Part shown: one piece after another, positions 40,901 through 50,690 of the stretch
How positions within the stretch are numbered: the stretch's first letter is position 1
Layout: each line of letters starts with the position of its first letter
Assembly (NCBI RefSeq): GCF_006345805.1
Contig: NW_021832581.1
Span: 1-59,723, forward strand
From: Octopus sinensis
Lineage: Eukaryota
Reading direction: 5' to 3'
DNA length: 59,723 bases
Notes under the pieces: model-generated
The model's database searches: none
What the model saw: the letters and a program-made list of their open reading frames with translations, nothing else
Told to the model about the DNA's origin: nothing
Position numbers and translations under genes: made by a program

Positions 40901-43900
40901 CCGACGACCGCTTTGTTCAAAGCCTCCCTGGACCTCAAGTGGCCTGAACTCTTTACATGAACACCACCCTGTACTTAACTCCATGTCCCCCAACATGGCC
41001 TTGCTATTTGCTTTTGAGCCAAATTAACTAACTAACTTTCCTCTCTTCCTCTTTCTCTCTGTTATCTCCTTTCTCTGGTAATTTTTCTCTTCTCTCTTTC
41101 TCTCGCTCTCTCAATTTCCTTTTCTCTCTTCCTCCCTCTCCCTCTCTTTCTTTCTGTCTCTTTGTCCTTTCCTTTTTCTCTTCTTTCCCTCTTTTCCTTT
41201 TCTCCCTTTAAGGGACTTACTTTTTTCATTTCCCTCCTCTCTTGCCTTCTCCCTTTCTTTTCTCTCTTTCTCACTCTTTCATTTCTCTCATTCTCTTTAT
41301 CCCTTTTACGTCTCTTTTATCCCTCTCTTTCTCATTTCTCTCTCTTTCAGTGTTTGTTTTTCCTCTTTCTTCCTCTCTCTCTCCCATCTTCTCTCTTTAT
41401 TTCTCTCAGTACCTTTTTCTTCTCTTATCTTCCATCTTACTCTCTTCCTCTCCTTCTTTCTCTTTTACTATTCTCTCTCTCTCCCTCTCTGCTTCTTTTC
41501 TCACTCTTTTTATTTTCTGGTTTTCCTTCTCCCTATCTCTCTTTATCTTTTCCTTTTCTCTCTTTGTCTCTCTGTTTCCTTTCTCTCTCTCTCTCTCTCT
41601 TCTTTCTTTTCTCTCTTTCGCTCGTTTTCTTTGTCTGTTCTCTCTTACTCTCTCATTTCCTCATTATCATTCTCTCTTTCTCTTTTTCTTTTCTCTTATC
41701 TCTCTTTCTTTTTCTCTTTCTCTGTTCCTCTCATCTCTTTTTCTCTCCCTCTTTCTTTTCTCGCACTCTCACTTTTATCTCCTTCTCCCTCCTTCTCGTT
41801 TTCTTTTTACCCTTCCTCCCCTCGCTCACTCTTTCATTTCTCTCTTTCTTCGTCTCATTTCTTTTTCTCTCTCGTTTTCCTTTCTCGCTCTCTCACTTTT
41901 TTCTCCTTTTTCCTCCATCTCCTTTTCTTTTTATCCTTATTCCTGTCTCTCACACTTTCATTTCTCTCTTTCTTCCTCTCGTTTCTTTTTCTCTCTTTCT
42001 TTTCTCGCTCTCTCACTTTTTTCTCCTTCTTTCTCCCTCTCGTTTTCTTTTTATCCTTCTTCCTCTCTCTCATTCTTTCATTTATCTTTCTCTTCCTCTC
42101 GTTTCTTTCTCACTCTCTCCTTCTTTTCTCGCTCACTCACTTTTTTCTCCTTCTTTCTTCCTCTCGTTTTCTTTTTATCATTCTTCCTCTCTCTCACTCT
42201 TTCATTTCTCTCTTCTTCCTCTCGTTTCTTTTTTTCTCTCTTTCTTTTCTCGCTCTCTCACTTTTTTCTCCTTCTTTCTCACTCTCGTTTTCTTTTTATC
42301 CTTCTTCCTCTCTCTCACTCTTTCATTTCTCTCTTCTTCCTCTTTCTCTCTTTCTTTTTTCGCTCTCACACTTTTTTCTCCTTCTTTCTCCCTCTCATAT
42401 TCTTCTTCCTCTCTCTCACTCTTTCATTTCTCTCTTCCTTCCTCTCGTTTTCTTTTTCTCTCTCTTTCTTTTCTCGCTCTCTCCCTTTTTCTTCTTCTTT
42501 CTCCCTCTCGTTTTCTTTTTATCCCTCTTCCTCTCTCTCACTCTTTCATTTCTCTCTTCCTTTTCTTCCTTTCCTTTTCTCTCTCGGCTCCTTTCCGCTC
42601 TCCCCTTTTTTTCTTCTCCCTCTTCTTCCCCCCCCCATCCCCTCTTCTCCTCTCTCACTCTTTCATTTCTCTCTTCCTTCCTCTCCTTTTCTTTTTCTCT
42701 CTCTTTCTTTTCTCGCTCTCTCACTTTTTTCTCCTTCTTTCTCCCTCTCGTTTTCTTTTTATCCTTCTTCCTTTCTCTCACTCTTTCTTCCTCTCATTTC
42801 TTTTTCTCTCTTTCTTTCTCGCTTTCAAACTTTTTTCTCCCATTCATTTTCTTTTTATTCTTCTTCCACTCTCTCACTCTTTCATTTCTCTCTGTCTTCC
42901 TCTCCTTTTTTTCTCTCTCTCTTTCTCCCTCTCGTTTTCTTTCTTTCCTTCTTCCTCTCTCTCACTCCTTCATTTCTCTCTTCCTTCCTCCCCTTTTCTT
43001 TTTCTCTCTCTTTCATTTCTCTCTCTCTTCCTCTCTTTCTTTCTCTCTCTCTTTCTCCCTCTCGTTTTCTTTCTTTCCTTCTTCCTCTCTCTCTCTCCTT
43101 CATTTCTCTCTTTCTTCGTCTCGTTTCTTTTTCTCTCTCTCTTTCATTTCTCGCTCTCGCTTTTTTCTCCTTCTTTCTCCCTCTCGTTTTCTTTTTATCC
43201 TTCTCCCTCTCTCTCATTCTTTCATTTCTCTCTTTCTTTCTCTCGTTTCTTTCTCTCTCTCTTTCTCCCTCTCGTTTTCTTTCTTTCCTTCTTCCTCTCT
43301 CTCACTCCTTCATTTCTCTCTTTCTTCGTCTCGTTTCTTTTTCTCTCTCTCTTTCATTTCTCGCTCTCTCACTTTTTTCTCCTTCTTTCTCCGTCTCGTT
43401 TTCTTTTTATCCTTCTTCCTCTCTCTCACTCTTTAATTTCTTTCTTTCTTCCTCTCGTTTCTTTTTCTCTCTCTTTCTCCCTCTCGTTTTCTTTCTTTCC
43501 TTCATCCTCTCTCTCACTCTTTCATTTCTCTCTTTCTTCGTCTCGTTTCTTTTTCTCTCTCTCTTTCATTTCTCGCTCTCTCTCTTTTTTCTCCTTTTTT
43601 CTCCCTCTCGTTTTCTTTTTATCCTTCTTCCTCTCTCTCACTCTTTCATTTCTCTCTTTCTTCCTCTTGTTTCTTTTTCTCTTTCTTTCTTTTCTCGCTC
43701 TCTCTCTTTTTTCTCCTTTTTTCTCCCTCTCGTTTTCTTTTTATCCTTTTTCCTCTCTCTCACTCTTTCATTTCTGTCTTTCTTCCTCTCATTTCTCTCT
43801 CTCTCTCTCCTTTTCTTTTCTCTCTCCCTTTCTTTTCTCTCTCGTTTTCTTTTTTCAATCTCATTCTCTTTATCTTTTCTCTCCTTTTTTCTCTCTCTCT

Positions 43901-44228
43901 TTCTCTGTTTCGTTTCTCTTTTTGTCTTCTCTATAATTCTCTCTCAATTTTCCTTTTCTTTCTTCTATTTTTCTCTTTCTCTCTTCTTTTTTCTTTCTTT
44001 TTCTTTCTCACTTCTACTTGTTTCAGTTATGAGACTGCGGCCATGCTGGGGCTCTCCTCGATTTTGTCTTTTATGTGTGGTACCTTTTCTGTCTAATTAG
44101 TACCAACCTATAGCTCTCTTTTGCTTCAGGGCTAAGTAACAGGGATGCAAATACACCAACATCGGTTATCAGTTAGCAGTTAGAGACACACACTAGCATA
44201 GATACACATGCATACACACACACAAACA

Positions 44229-44276
<48 letters not shown>

Positions 44277-45819
44277 CGAGTTAATAACACTTGTAAGGAT
44301 GTGTTTTATCTATTTACCAAAGTGAATGGAGCCTGCAGAAAGCTCTTATATCTGTCACACTTCCGTTCATGGGCCTCGTTACAACCCGCTCCCCACGTGA
44401 CTGTTCGTTCAATTATGATAATTTTCTGGGCCTTTACAGACCACAGGACCACATCAGACCTCAGGGTTGTATGGATAACCTGGGGAAACTGCAATCTCTT
44501 TCCCAAGTCTACCTTCATATCCCATTGTTGAGACCCTTGCAGCAAGCTGTGTATTGCTTTTGCTGGCTTTACTGGTTCCTGTCCCTCTTTCACGAACTTA
44601 ATTGCGGCAGTTATCTTCCCTTGGTGATGATGTTTCTTACACCTTTACTGCTCCAGGGTGTGAGCAATTATTTGTATCTGCCTTGAGAAAGTGTTATTCT
44701 GCACCCTGCCAGGATGTGTGCCAGAGTGCCCCTTTCGCACAAAGTCTACACAGCTGGTCTTCCCTCAAACCTTATCTGTGCTGGTTTGTTGGCGTCGGGA
44801 GTGTGTCATACACCGCTCCATGCAGGAAGGAGTTGTGCAAAGGTTCCAGCCTCCACAGGTCAGTCCATGTGAGCTTCCTCTCAGGGAGATCCCATTTAGT
44901 CCATGCACTCAGAGATACCAGCTCCACAGCTCTTGATTTCCTTTTATCTTCCTCCTGGTACCACAATGCTTTCTTAGTCATAACGCACCTCTCCCTGGTG
45001 TCTGCTTTCTGCCGTTGTTGGAAATAAGAAGAGCCAAGTCCCTGGCGACTCCAAGTATGACGCGTACCTCCAGCATGCCCTCATGTACAGTCCTATTCTT
45101 ATGTACAGTCCTATTCAAGTAAAGCTTGGGGAACTCCTAGACATTGTTGGGGGGAAGGGTGTATTTATTTACCTTTCTCGCAACCCTGGTGGGTGACTAC
45201 TTACCATAACACCACCTCACAATAAGTAAATATTTGATGCATCACCACTTTGCTTTTTTTACTCATTCAACCTTTAATACGTGGCTTCTGCCAAACTCAG
45301 TTATATATTCTTTGAGCGCCATATATACATAAACTAATATAAAATGTTCCCACGGTCCCCACACATTGGTGGTAGTGACCACTTTGAGAAGCCCTGCTCT
45401 ATAATCCTGCAAGAGGACTTCTTTAAAAAGTCACCATCCATTTATCGGTTCCATCTGTCTCTCATCTCTTGGACTGAATACTTCCCGCCAGAACACCCCA
45501 CTGAAGTGTTTGATGGATTTCTTTCTCACTCACATTCCATCAATTCTGCCATGTCTCAATGTTTGGATAAATATTTATAAAAATGTCGATGATGAGGATT
45601 AGAGAAAAGAGGTGAAGAAAGAAATGAAATATCATGGACAAATATATGTGGCTACTTTTCATATTGTGTATAAAACATTTCATATTGTGTATAAAATAAT
45701 AAACAGTCAAATTTGAGAAGGCAATAAACAGAACAACTTACTATTGTTGGATCCATTTTTACGAGTCTTTCCACTCCTTCAATGTCACCATTCAAAATTT
45801 TCTGTCTGATATTCGCCAT
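3219..45819 (-). CDS. Spliced gene: ankyrin repeats + C3HC4 RING + tandem mini-exon linker + death domain (the ANK-RING part resembles the Mind bomb/MIB2 C-terminal half). Predicted join (5'->3'): 45742-45819, 38574-38731, 36539-36584, 33924-34078, 32906-32942, 28734-28943, 26966-27136, 21422-21561, 18468-18545, 16408-16485, 14285-14362, 11845-11922, 4978-5049, 3219-3418
   Basis: Internal exons are bounded by AG/GT on the minus strand. Junction phases chain as 0,2,0,2,0,0,2,1,1,1,1,1,1 and give continuous ankyrin, RING and death-domain text across junctions. Only exon 26966-27136 needs frame correction. Confidence 0.85.
4978..5049 (-). CDS. Death-domain exon 1 (E)[23 protein letters not shown]
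   Basis: 72 bp, phase 1-1. L-x-x-V-A-x-x-L-G-x-D-W is the typical death-domain helix 1-2 signature. Same splice-site context as the array exons. Confidence 0.88.
5720..6850 (-). mobile_element. Degenerate non-LTR RT remnant, probably RLE/R2-superfamily
   Basis: Minus-strand fragments [11 protein letters not shown] (~6620-6655) and GIPGCVEH (~6510-6535) resemble the early RT blocks of this group; heavily decayed. Confidence 0.5.
7571..7618 (-). pseudogene. Linker pseudo-exon (E)[15 protein letters not shown], acceptor lost
   Basis: Donor G|GTGAGTA is intact and the flanking intron is paralogous to the other units, but the conserved tatttatttcAG acceptor is missing. Confidence 0.55.
9619..9669 (-). 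pseudogene. Linker pseudo-exon (A)[16 protein letters not shown], donor mutated GT->CT
   Basis: 51 bp, acceptor tatttatttcAG intact, donor G|CTGAGT. A weak in-frame cryptic GT (C|GTGCTG) lies 3 nt upstream. Confidence 0.65.
9830..10270 (+). mobile_element. RTE-like LINE 3' fragment; related pieces at about 10735-11045, 15295-15605 and 17385-17695
   Basis: [16 protein letters not shown] and GRGRLRKTW-type motifs of RTE ORF C-termini. Confidence 0.6.
11180..11592 (+). mobile_element. SINE-like element with (GAT)n tail carried in each young array unit (also about 13650-14035, 15740-16160, 17835-18217; related dispersed copies at 8520-8700 and 47343-47600 on minus)
   Basis: GC-rich body with internal repeats (gtggcacgtaaaaagcacc) ending gacgttaaacgatgatgat. 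Confidence 0.75.
11845..11922 (-). CDS. Linker mini-exon R4 (E)[25 protein letters not shown]
   Basis: 78 bp, phase 1-1, intact splice sites. Confidence 0.8.
14285..14362 (-). CDS. Linker mini-exon R3 (G)[25 protein letters not shown]
   Basis: 78 bp, phase 1-1, intact splice sites. Confidence 0.8.
16408..16485 (-). CDS. Linker mini-exon R2 (G)[25 protein letters not shown]
   Basis: 78 bp, phase 1-1, same intact splice sites as R1. Confidence 0.8.
18468..18545 (-). CDS. Linker mini-exon R1 (E)[25 protein letters not shown]
   Basis: 78 bp, phase 1-1, acceptor tatttatttcAG, donor G|GTGAGTA, open frame. Confidence 0.8.
20236..20286 (-). pseudogene. Linker pseudo-exon (E)[16 protein letters not shown], donor mutated GT->AT
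   Basis: 51 bp, paralogous to the array exons. Acceptor tttcAG is intact but the donor reads G|ATGAGT instead of G|GTGAGT. Confidence 0.7.
21422..21561 (-). CDS. RING-finger exon (Q)[46 protein letters not shown]
   Basis: C-x2-C-x11-C-x-H-x3-C-x2-C-x7-C-x2-C (C3HC4, MIB/IAP-like spacing); ccacAG acceptor, GTAAG donor, 140 bp (phase 2->1). Confidence 0.92.
22450..24160 (-). mobile_element. 5'-truncated CR1/L2/jockey-superfamily LINE (RT and 3' UTR) with (TTGAA)n tail
   Basis: ORF 22700..23788 with [27 protein letters not shown] and FADD motifs; upstream KGHGPDGI and YQPVSLTS; premature stops at 23882 and 22700. Confidence 0.95.
24300..25420 (+). mobile_element. Old degenerate CR1-like LINE RT remnant
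   Basis: [23 protein letters not shown] reads at about 24590-24660; the flanks have many stops and frameshifts. Confidence 0.7.
26966..27136 (-). CDS. Last ankyrin exon, frame-disrupted: approx. [58 protein letters not shown]
   Basis: ttgtAG acceptor and GTAAG donor are intact. [14 protein letters not shown] and [18 protein letters not shown] read in different frames; 171 bp is 5 nt short of the 176 bp that restores frame and phase 0->2. Confidence 0.8.
28734..28943 (-). CDS. Ankyrin exon [70 protein letters not shown]
   Basis: ORF 28722..28931; GTAAG donor at 28733. The acceptor is either aaAG (exon start 28943) or the in-frame ttcAG 12 nt further in. TPLL, GADIN and SCLH motifs. Confidence 0.9.
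30173..30674. mobile_element. MITE / non-autonomous DNA transposon with ~120-bp imperfect terminal inverted repeats
   Basis: gggattaccc..tttagct..cgtatc..agacccaaaacctgttggcctaa..cctcttccaaatatgga (30196-30291) is mirrored at about 30559-30657. Confidence 0.75.
31575..32232. repeat. Compound (GATA)n/(GACA)n/(GA)n microsatellite with ~110-bp higher-order period
   Basis: Alternating GATA runs and gacagagagagagatagagagacagac spacers. Confidence 0.9.
32906..32942 (-). CDS. Micro-exon (E)[12 protein letters not shown]
   Basis: ctttcAG acceptor, CAG|GTTAG donor, 37 bp (phase 2->0); fills the phase gap and completes the ankyrin second helix. Confidence 0.8.
33924..34078 (-). CDS. Ankyrin exon [51 protein letters not shown]
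   Basis: tttttcAG acceptor, GTAAG donor, 155 bp (phase 0->2); two canonical G-x-T-P-L-H motifs. Not in the ORF track on this strand. Confidence 0.93.
34730..35070. repeat. Near-perfect inverted repeat (fold-back) of a SINE segment
   Basis: 34785-34897 is the reverse complement of 34912-35022 with very few differences; symmetry continues into the flanking TA tract. Confidence 0.9.
36539..36584 (-). CDS. Small ankyrin exon (C)[15 protein letters not shown]
   Basis: tctcAG acceptor, GTAAG donor, 46 bp (phase 2->0); supplies the V-E-I-L-L-x-x-G-x-D second helix of the preceding repeat. Confidence 0.85.
36655..38385. repeat. (ATC)n-derived satellite with ~165-bp higher-order units
   Basis: acctgcacta marker at about 36686, 36851, 37020, 37183 and 37348, then degenerate ATC. 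Confidence 0.9.
38574..38731 (-). CDS. Ankyrin exon [52 protein letters not shown]
   Basis: ttacAG acceptor, GTAAG donor, 158 bp (phase 0->2); TPLM and TALH ankyrin motifs (ORF 38570..38755). Confidence 0.92.
38775..44010. repeat. ~4 kb polypyrimidine (CT) low-complexity tract with ~60-bp internal repeats, split by the LINE
   Basis: Almost exclusively C/T on plus; recurring ctctctcactctttcatttctctc and ctcgttttctttttatccttcttcc units. Confidence 0.9.
39800..41037 (+). mobile_element. Second 5'-truncated copy of the same LINE family with (AACT)n tail, inside a CT-rich tract
   Basis: [29 protein letters not shown] and FADD in ORF 39424..40947; internal deletion at ~40377 and frameshift at ~40730. 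Confidence 0.95.
44290..45080 (-). mobile_element. Remnant of an RLE-endonuclease non-LTR retrotransposon (R2 superfamily, Hero/NeSL-like C-terminus)
   Basis: [22 protein letters not shown]...EAHERK..RY matches the R-P-D...I-E-L-T-V-P-W-E restriction-like endonuclease pattern; [16 protein letters not shown] lies upstream. Confidence 0.75.
45742..45819 (-). CDS. First coding exon [26 protein letters not shown] (N-terminal half ankyrin repeat)
   Basis: ATG at 45819-45817, 26 codons, GTAAG donor at 45741. It joins in phase 0 to [13 protein letters not shown] and has the G-D-x-E-x-V-x-x-L ankyrin helix pattern. Confidence 0.75.
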
Positions 45820-46396
45820 GTCTTTTGAATAAAATCAGTCAAAAAAGAAAGAAAGCAAAACAGTTTTTAAAAACTTATAAAATGAATTAAACAACAATAA
45901 ACAGAAGTTGATGGTTCTAAAATATTGCAAAAGATAACATTGATATTGTAAACTTCAGTTTATCTAATGTATTATTCATAGCTGAATGTTCTTCTTGACA
46001 CTAATAAATCTAACAACAGTCATTGTGTTGTGTCTCTAGGTTAGATTACATATTGACTGGTTACTATTAAACCCTCAATATTGGAATGTACAGTCTGTTG
46101 ATCAGCTACGTAGAGGCAGCGTACATGTTGAGCTATAAATCTGTGGATCATACCCCAGCTACGGTGGAGGGCACTTTATATCAAAGACAAACTGATTCTC
46201 CAAAGAAAGGTAAATATACGAAATATAGTAAAAGAATCAATGAAACAGAGTTTGTTCAATAAAACCTCCTGTATTGATCTTTGTCAAAACACTAGCAAAG
46301 TAGATGAGATCAAATCAGACACTATCAACAAGTGCTTACTTTATAGATTTTTGAAAATATATTTATGACTATTTCATAATTATTTAATAAATTTCC

Positions 46397-46479
<83 letters not shown>

Positions 46480-47649
46480 TATATCCTGCCATCATCACTT
46501 AACGTCCACTTTTCATCCATTCATGAGTAAGATGGGTGACAGGAGCAGGCCAGGTAGAAAAAAACTACCCTGGGCTACTGTCTATTTTATCAGGTATTTT
46601 ACTGCTGGATGCCCTTCCAAACGCCAACCACCAGTTTTGTCCCACTGTATGACACCTTGGGCAAGTACCTTCTTCTAAATCCCATGGCTGATCAAGGCTT
46701 CTGAGTGGATTAAATAGAGATAATCTGAGAGAAGCCCATCGTACACCACTGACAAAATCTGAGGACCAGTGAAAAAACTGCCAAAATGAAGTGTCTGTGT
46801 GTTTGTGTGAGTGTACGTATGCATATATATATGCACACACCTGCTTGAGTGTGTGTGTGTATGTTTCCATTTGCTTTTACTGAAAATTGCTCAGCTATGA
46901 ACGATTAGATTATCATTTTCCCTGTTAATAGACAAACCATTGGAATAAGTGATCCCTTGAACAACTGGTAAGGGTTAATAACATGAAGGGGATCCAGATC
47001 CAAAATGAATGAATCAATAATATACTCATACAACCCATGGTAGTATGGAGAAAAGGTGTAAAATGATTGCTTTATATGCATAAACGTACATATATAAGTC
47101 TATGTATGTGCATACTCGTGCGCATGTGTGAGTAGCTGTATGGCATAGTGATTCGGGTGTTACCCTCACAATAGCTAGATCGTGGGTTTGATTCTTGCAA
47201 TGCCCTTCCTTTCCCAAATGTTCGCCTGCTTTCCTAACCAGTGGAGTGGCATCATTCAAAACGTAAAACGATGCAAAGCACATTGTGACCAGTGATGTGT
47301 AACATCTGACAGTATAGTCGATCATGTGACTACATGATTATATCATCATCATCATCATCATTTAACGCCCGCTTTCCATGCTAGCATGGGTTGGACGGTT
47401 TAACCGGGGTCTGGGAAGCCAGGCGGTTGCACCAGGCCCAGTCTGATCTGGCAGTGTTTCTACAGCTGGACGCCCATCCTAACGCCAACCACTCCATGAG
47501 TGTAGTGGGTGCTTTTCACGTGCCGCCAGCACAGGAGCCAGGGGAGGCAGGCAATGGCCACGATCGGTTGATGCTTTTTACGTGCCACCGGCACGGAGCC
47601 ACATTTGTGTAGAGTACACACTGGGTCAAAGGTCGGGTGAGCGCTTGTA

Positions 47650-48480
47650 TATATTATAAATACACAAATTTGGTGATTTGTTTAGTCTACTTCTTTTCCT
47701 CAAGAGCTTCATGCATCAGTGAACAGTCAACAGCGTTGGAGACCATGGAGATTAAATTTCTGAATATTTGAAAAGAGTTTCCTTTATCATTGTAATTTTT
47801 GGTGGATATCAAAATGCCGACATCGTGACTGATCCTCAATGCTCTGTGAATACTGTAAAGGCTGTGAGATGTGACACACGCATGAGACTGCGAATCTGTA
47901 GCTACTGGGAAGGGACATAGTAGGAGTTCTGATTGTGTCTGCACCACACCACAATTCATTGCCACATCGTTGAGCAGGTAGTGAGTTACGCTCTACACAG
48001 ACAGCTTTGTGAAACTGCTGCAGACTGGGATCAAACTCTGGCTGGAGAGGATTGCCATTGGAAGGTCATATGTGTGGCAGCAAGATTCATCTCTTCGTCA
48101 TACCACTGGAAGCAACCAGACGTGATTGTTGGAGATTTTTATACGACTGCCCCAGCCCGAATTTCTGGTCTTCTAATTCCCCTGATTGTAATACCCTGGA
48201 TTACTATGTGAGGGGCGCAATTGAGAAAGATACCAATCACTCTTCTTGCAGCGCTAAGTCCAAGCTGATGACCAAGATCAAAGAGGGGTTCGAAAATCTC
48301 TCCAAGGACACAGTAAGGAACGCATATACCAGGCTTTGAAGATGTGTTGAGTCTGTAGTGGAAGTGAAGGGCAGATAATTTCAGTAAACCTTTATCTCTC
48401 AGCCAAAACCTAGTTTTGACAGGTTTTGAATTTTTAAAACGCTTATTTTTGGATGTGATAAGGAGTTTTATTTTCCTTTT
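47650..48480 (+). mobile_element. Tc1/mariner-superfamily transposase remnant
   Basis: FWSSNSPDCNTLDYYVRGAIEK in ORF 48052..48339 is a degenerate WPPNSPDLNPLDY motif. Confidence 0.75.
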
Positions 48481-48634
48481 GTGAAAACTGTCAGATGTAT
48501 ACATACACTCATTGCATATGTATACATATCTATATACATATATTTAAATGTATATGTATACACAAATACACATACATGTATGTGTATGCTTATCCATTTA
48601 GATATTTATTCACATTTGTTGCAGCTTTGCAATA

Positions 48635-48960
48635 TTGTATGCTAAAAGTATTCCACAAGGGACATCCAGGAATCGCAAGAATGAAAGCACTGATGAGAAG
48701 CTAAGTTTACTGGTTGAATATGGATCAGGAAATTGAAATTGGTGAAGGCCTGCAGGGGTTGTGCCCTGGCAACAAAAAGCACTACCTATAAAAATTCAGC
48801 CTTGGCCCAAGACTGACATAGAGTACAGGCACCGATAATGGAAGGCATTATCTAATTCGCTGTGGACATTTTTCACGAAATGCCGGAATATAGTAATGTA
48901 GGAAGCCAACCTCCAAAGTGCAATGCAATTCCTGGACGAAACATTTTGGGCGCGATTGGT
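48635..48960 (+). mobile_element. Gypsy-type LTR integrase fragment
   Basis: LKVFHKGHPGIARMKALMRS*VYWLNMDQEIE..VKACRGC matches the integrase H2C2 zinc-binding region. Confidence 0.75.
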
Positions 48961-49149
48961 AACCCCAGACCAATATAGTGTTTTGACAAGGTGTTTTTGT
49001 TTTAAAATATACAGAAATGGAGAGGAAAGTTGGGAAGAAATTATAATAAGTAAACGTTTTGGAAAAATAACGTAAATGGTAAAAGGTGAAACATGGGATA
49101 CATTTAAACCAACTGAAAAAAAAGAACTGTTTACGCGAGAAAGAATAAG

Positions 49150-49630
49150 ACGACAAACAGATGAAAGGCAGTGCTATTGGTGTAGGGCTCGCCGGTGATG
49201 TTGCCAGCCTCTTCATAGTATGATGGGACAGGCATTTTAAGCAGTCCCTAGTGACCCGTAACATCCACTTAAATATGTACTCTCGAAACGTTGACGACAT
49301 TGACTTTGTCGTGAAAAGTAATACAAATATGAACACTCTCCTAAATGAAGAATAGATGATGACAACTGTACAACACATGGCTGACTCTATCCATAGCAGA
49401 ATAAAGGCTACTGTAGACTACCCCTCTAAAAACGCCAGAAATAGATTACCTGTCCTATATACTCAGCTGTGGATAGAAAATATTATGATTAACGGAACAG
49501 TTAATCCCTGTTTACTCCATTCACATTATTATAAATCTATAGCTAATCCACTGGTAAATCCGTAGTGACTCAGCGATGTCAAGTACTACCAAAATCAACA
49601 TCCTTGTGGCAGACTTCGAGTAATGAGGAT
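49150..49630 (+). mobile_element. Penelope-like RT fragment
   Basis: QMKGSAIGVGLAGDVASLFI and YSRNVDDIDFV resemble the G-x-A-M-G and Y-x-D-D blocks; stops present. Confidence 0.55.
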
Positions 49631-50205
49631 AACATCGGTGGCGTGGAGAGGAGAGGCTGGTATGCATGGGCAACTGCTGGTCTTCCATAAACAACCTTGC
49701 CCAGACTTGTGCCTCGGAGGGTAACATTGTAGGTGCAATCCCGTGGTCATTCATGACCGAAGGGGGTCACAATATATATATTTACATACACACACATATA
49801 TATTTATATATATATAGGCGCAAGAGTGGGTATGTCTTAAGTAGCTTGCTTACCAACCACATGGTTCCGGGTTCAGTCTCACTGCGAGGCACCTTGGGCA
49901 AGTGTTTTCTACTATAGCCTCGGGCCGACCAAAGCCTTGTGAGTCGATTTGATAGACGGAAACTGAAAGAAGCCCGTCGTATATATGTGTATATATATAT
50001 ATGTGTGTGTGTGTGTGTTCCCCCTAGCATTGCTTGACAACCGATGCTGGTGTGTTTACGTCCCCGTAACTTAGCGGTTCGGCAAAAAACCGATAGAATA
50101 AGTACTGGACTTACAAACAATAAGTCATGGGGTCGATTTACTCGACTAAAGGCGGTGCTCCAGCATGGCCACAGTCAAATGACAGAAACAATTAAAAGAG
50201 TAAAA

Positions 50206-50272
<67 letters not shown>

Positions 50273-50309
50273 TATATATATATGTGTGTTTGTGTGTGTG
50301 TGTGTGTGT

Positions 50310-50690
50310 GGAGGTGCAATGGCCCAGTGGTTAGGAGAGCGGACTCGCGGTCATAGGATCGCGGTTTCGATTCCCAGACCGGGTGTTGTGAGTGTTTATT
50401 GAGCGAATACACCTAAAGCTCCACGAGGCTCCGGCAGGGGATGGTGGTGATCCCTGCTGTACTCTTTCACCACAACTTTCTCTCACTCTTACTTCCTGTT
50501 TCTGTTGTACCTGTATTTCAAAGGGCCGGCCTTGTCACTCCCTATGTCACGCTGAATATCCCAGAGAACTACGTTAAGGGTGCACGTGTCTGTGGAATGC
50601 TCAGCCACTTACACGTTAATTTCACGAGCAGTTTGTTCCGTTGATTCGGATCAACCGAAACCCTCGTCGTCGTAACCGACGGAGTGCTTC
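50310..50690 (+). mobile_element. tRNA-derived SINE family B (head-truncated duplicate at 57686-58006)
   Basis: tggcccagtggttag A box, gtttcgattcc B box; body ends cgtcgtaaccgacggagtg. Confidence 0.8.

Noticed and set aside
41162-44100. 600-950 aa Ser/Phe/Leu-rich ORFs
   Set aside because: A CT tract that lacks stop codons by composition; open in all three frames.
3219-45819. Naming the gene MIB2
   Set aside because: It lacks the N-terminal MZM/REP region and additional RINGs and has a death domain; orthology cannot be shown from this sequence alone.
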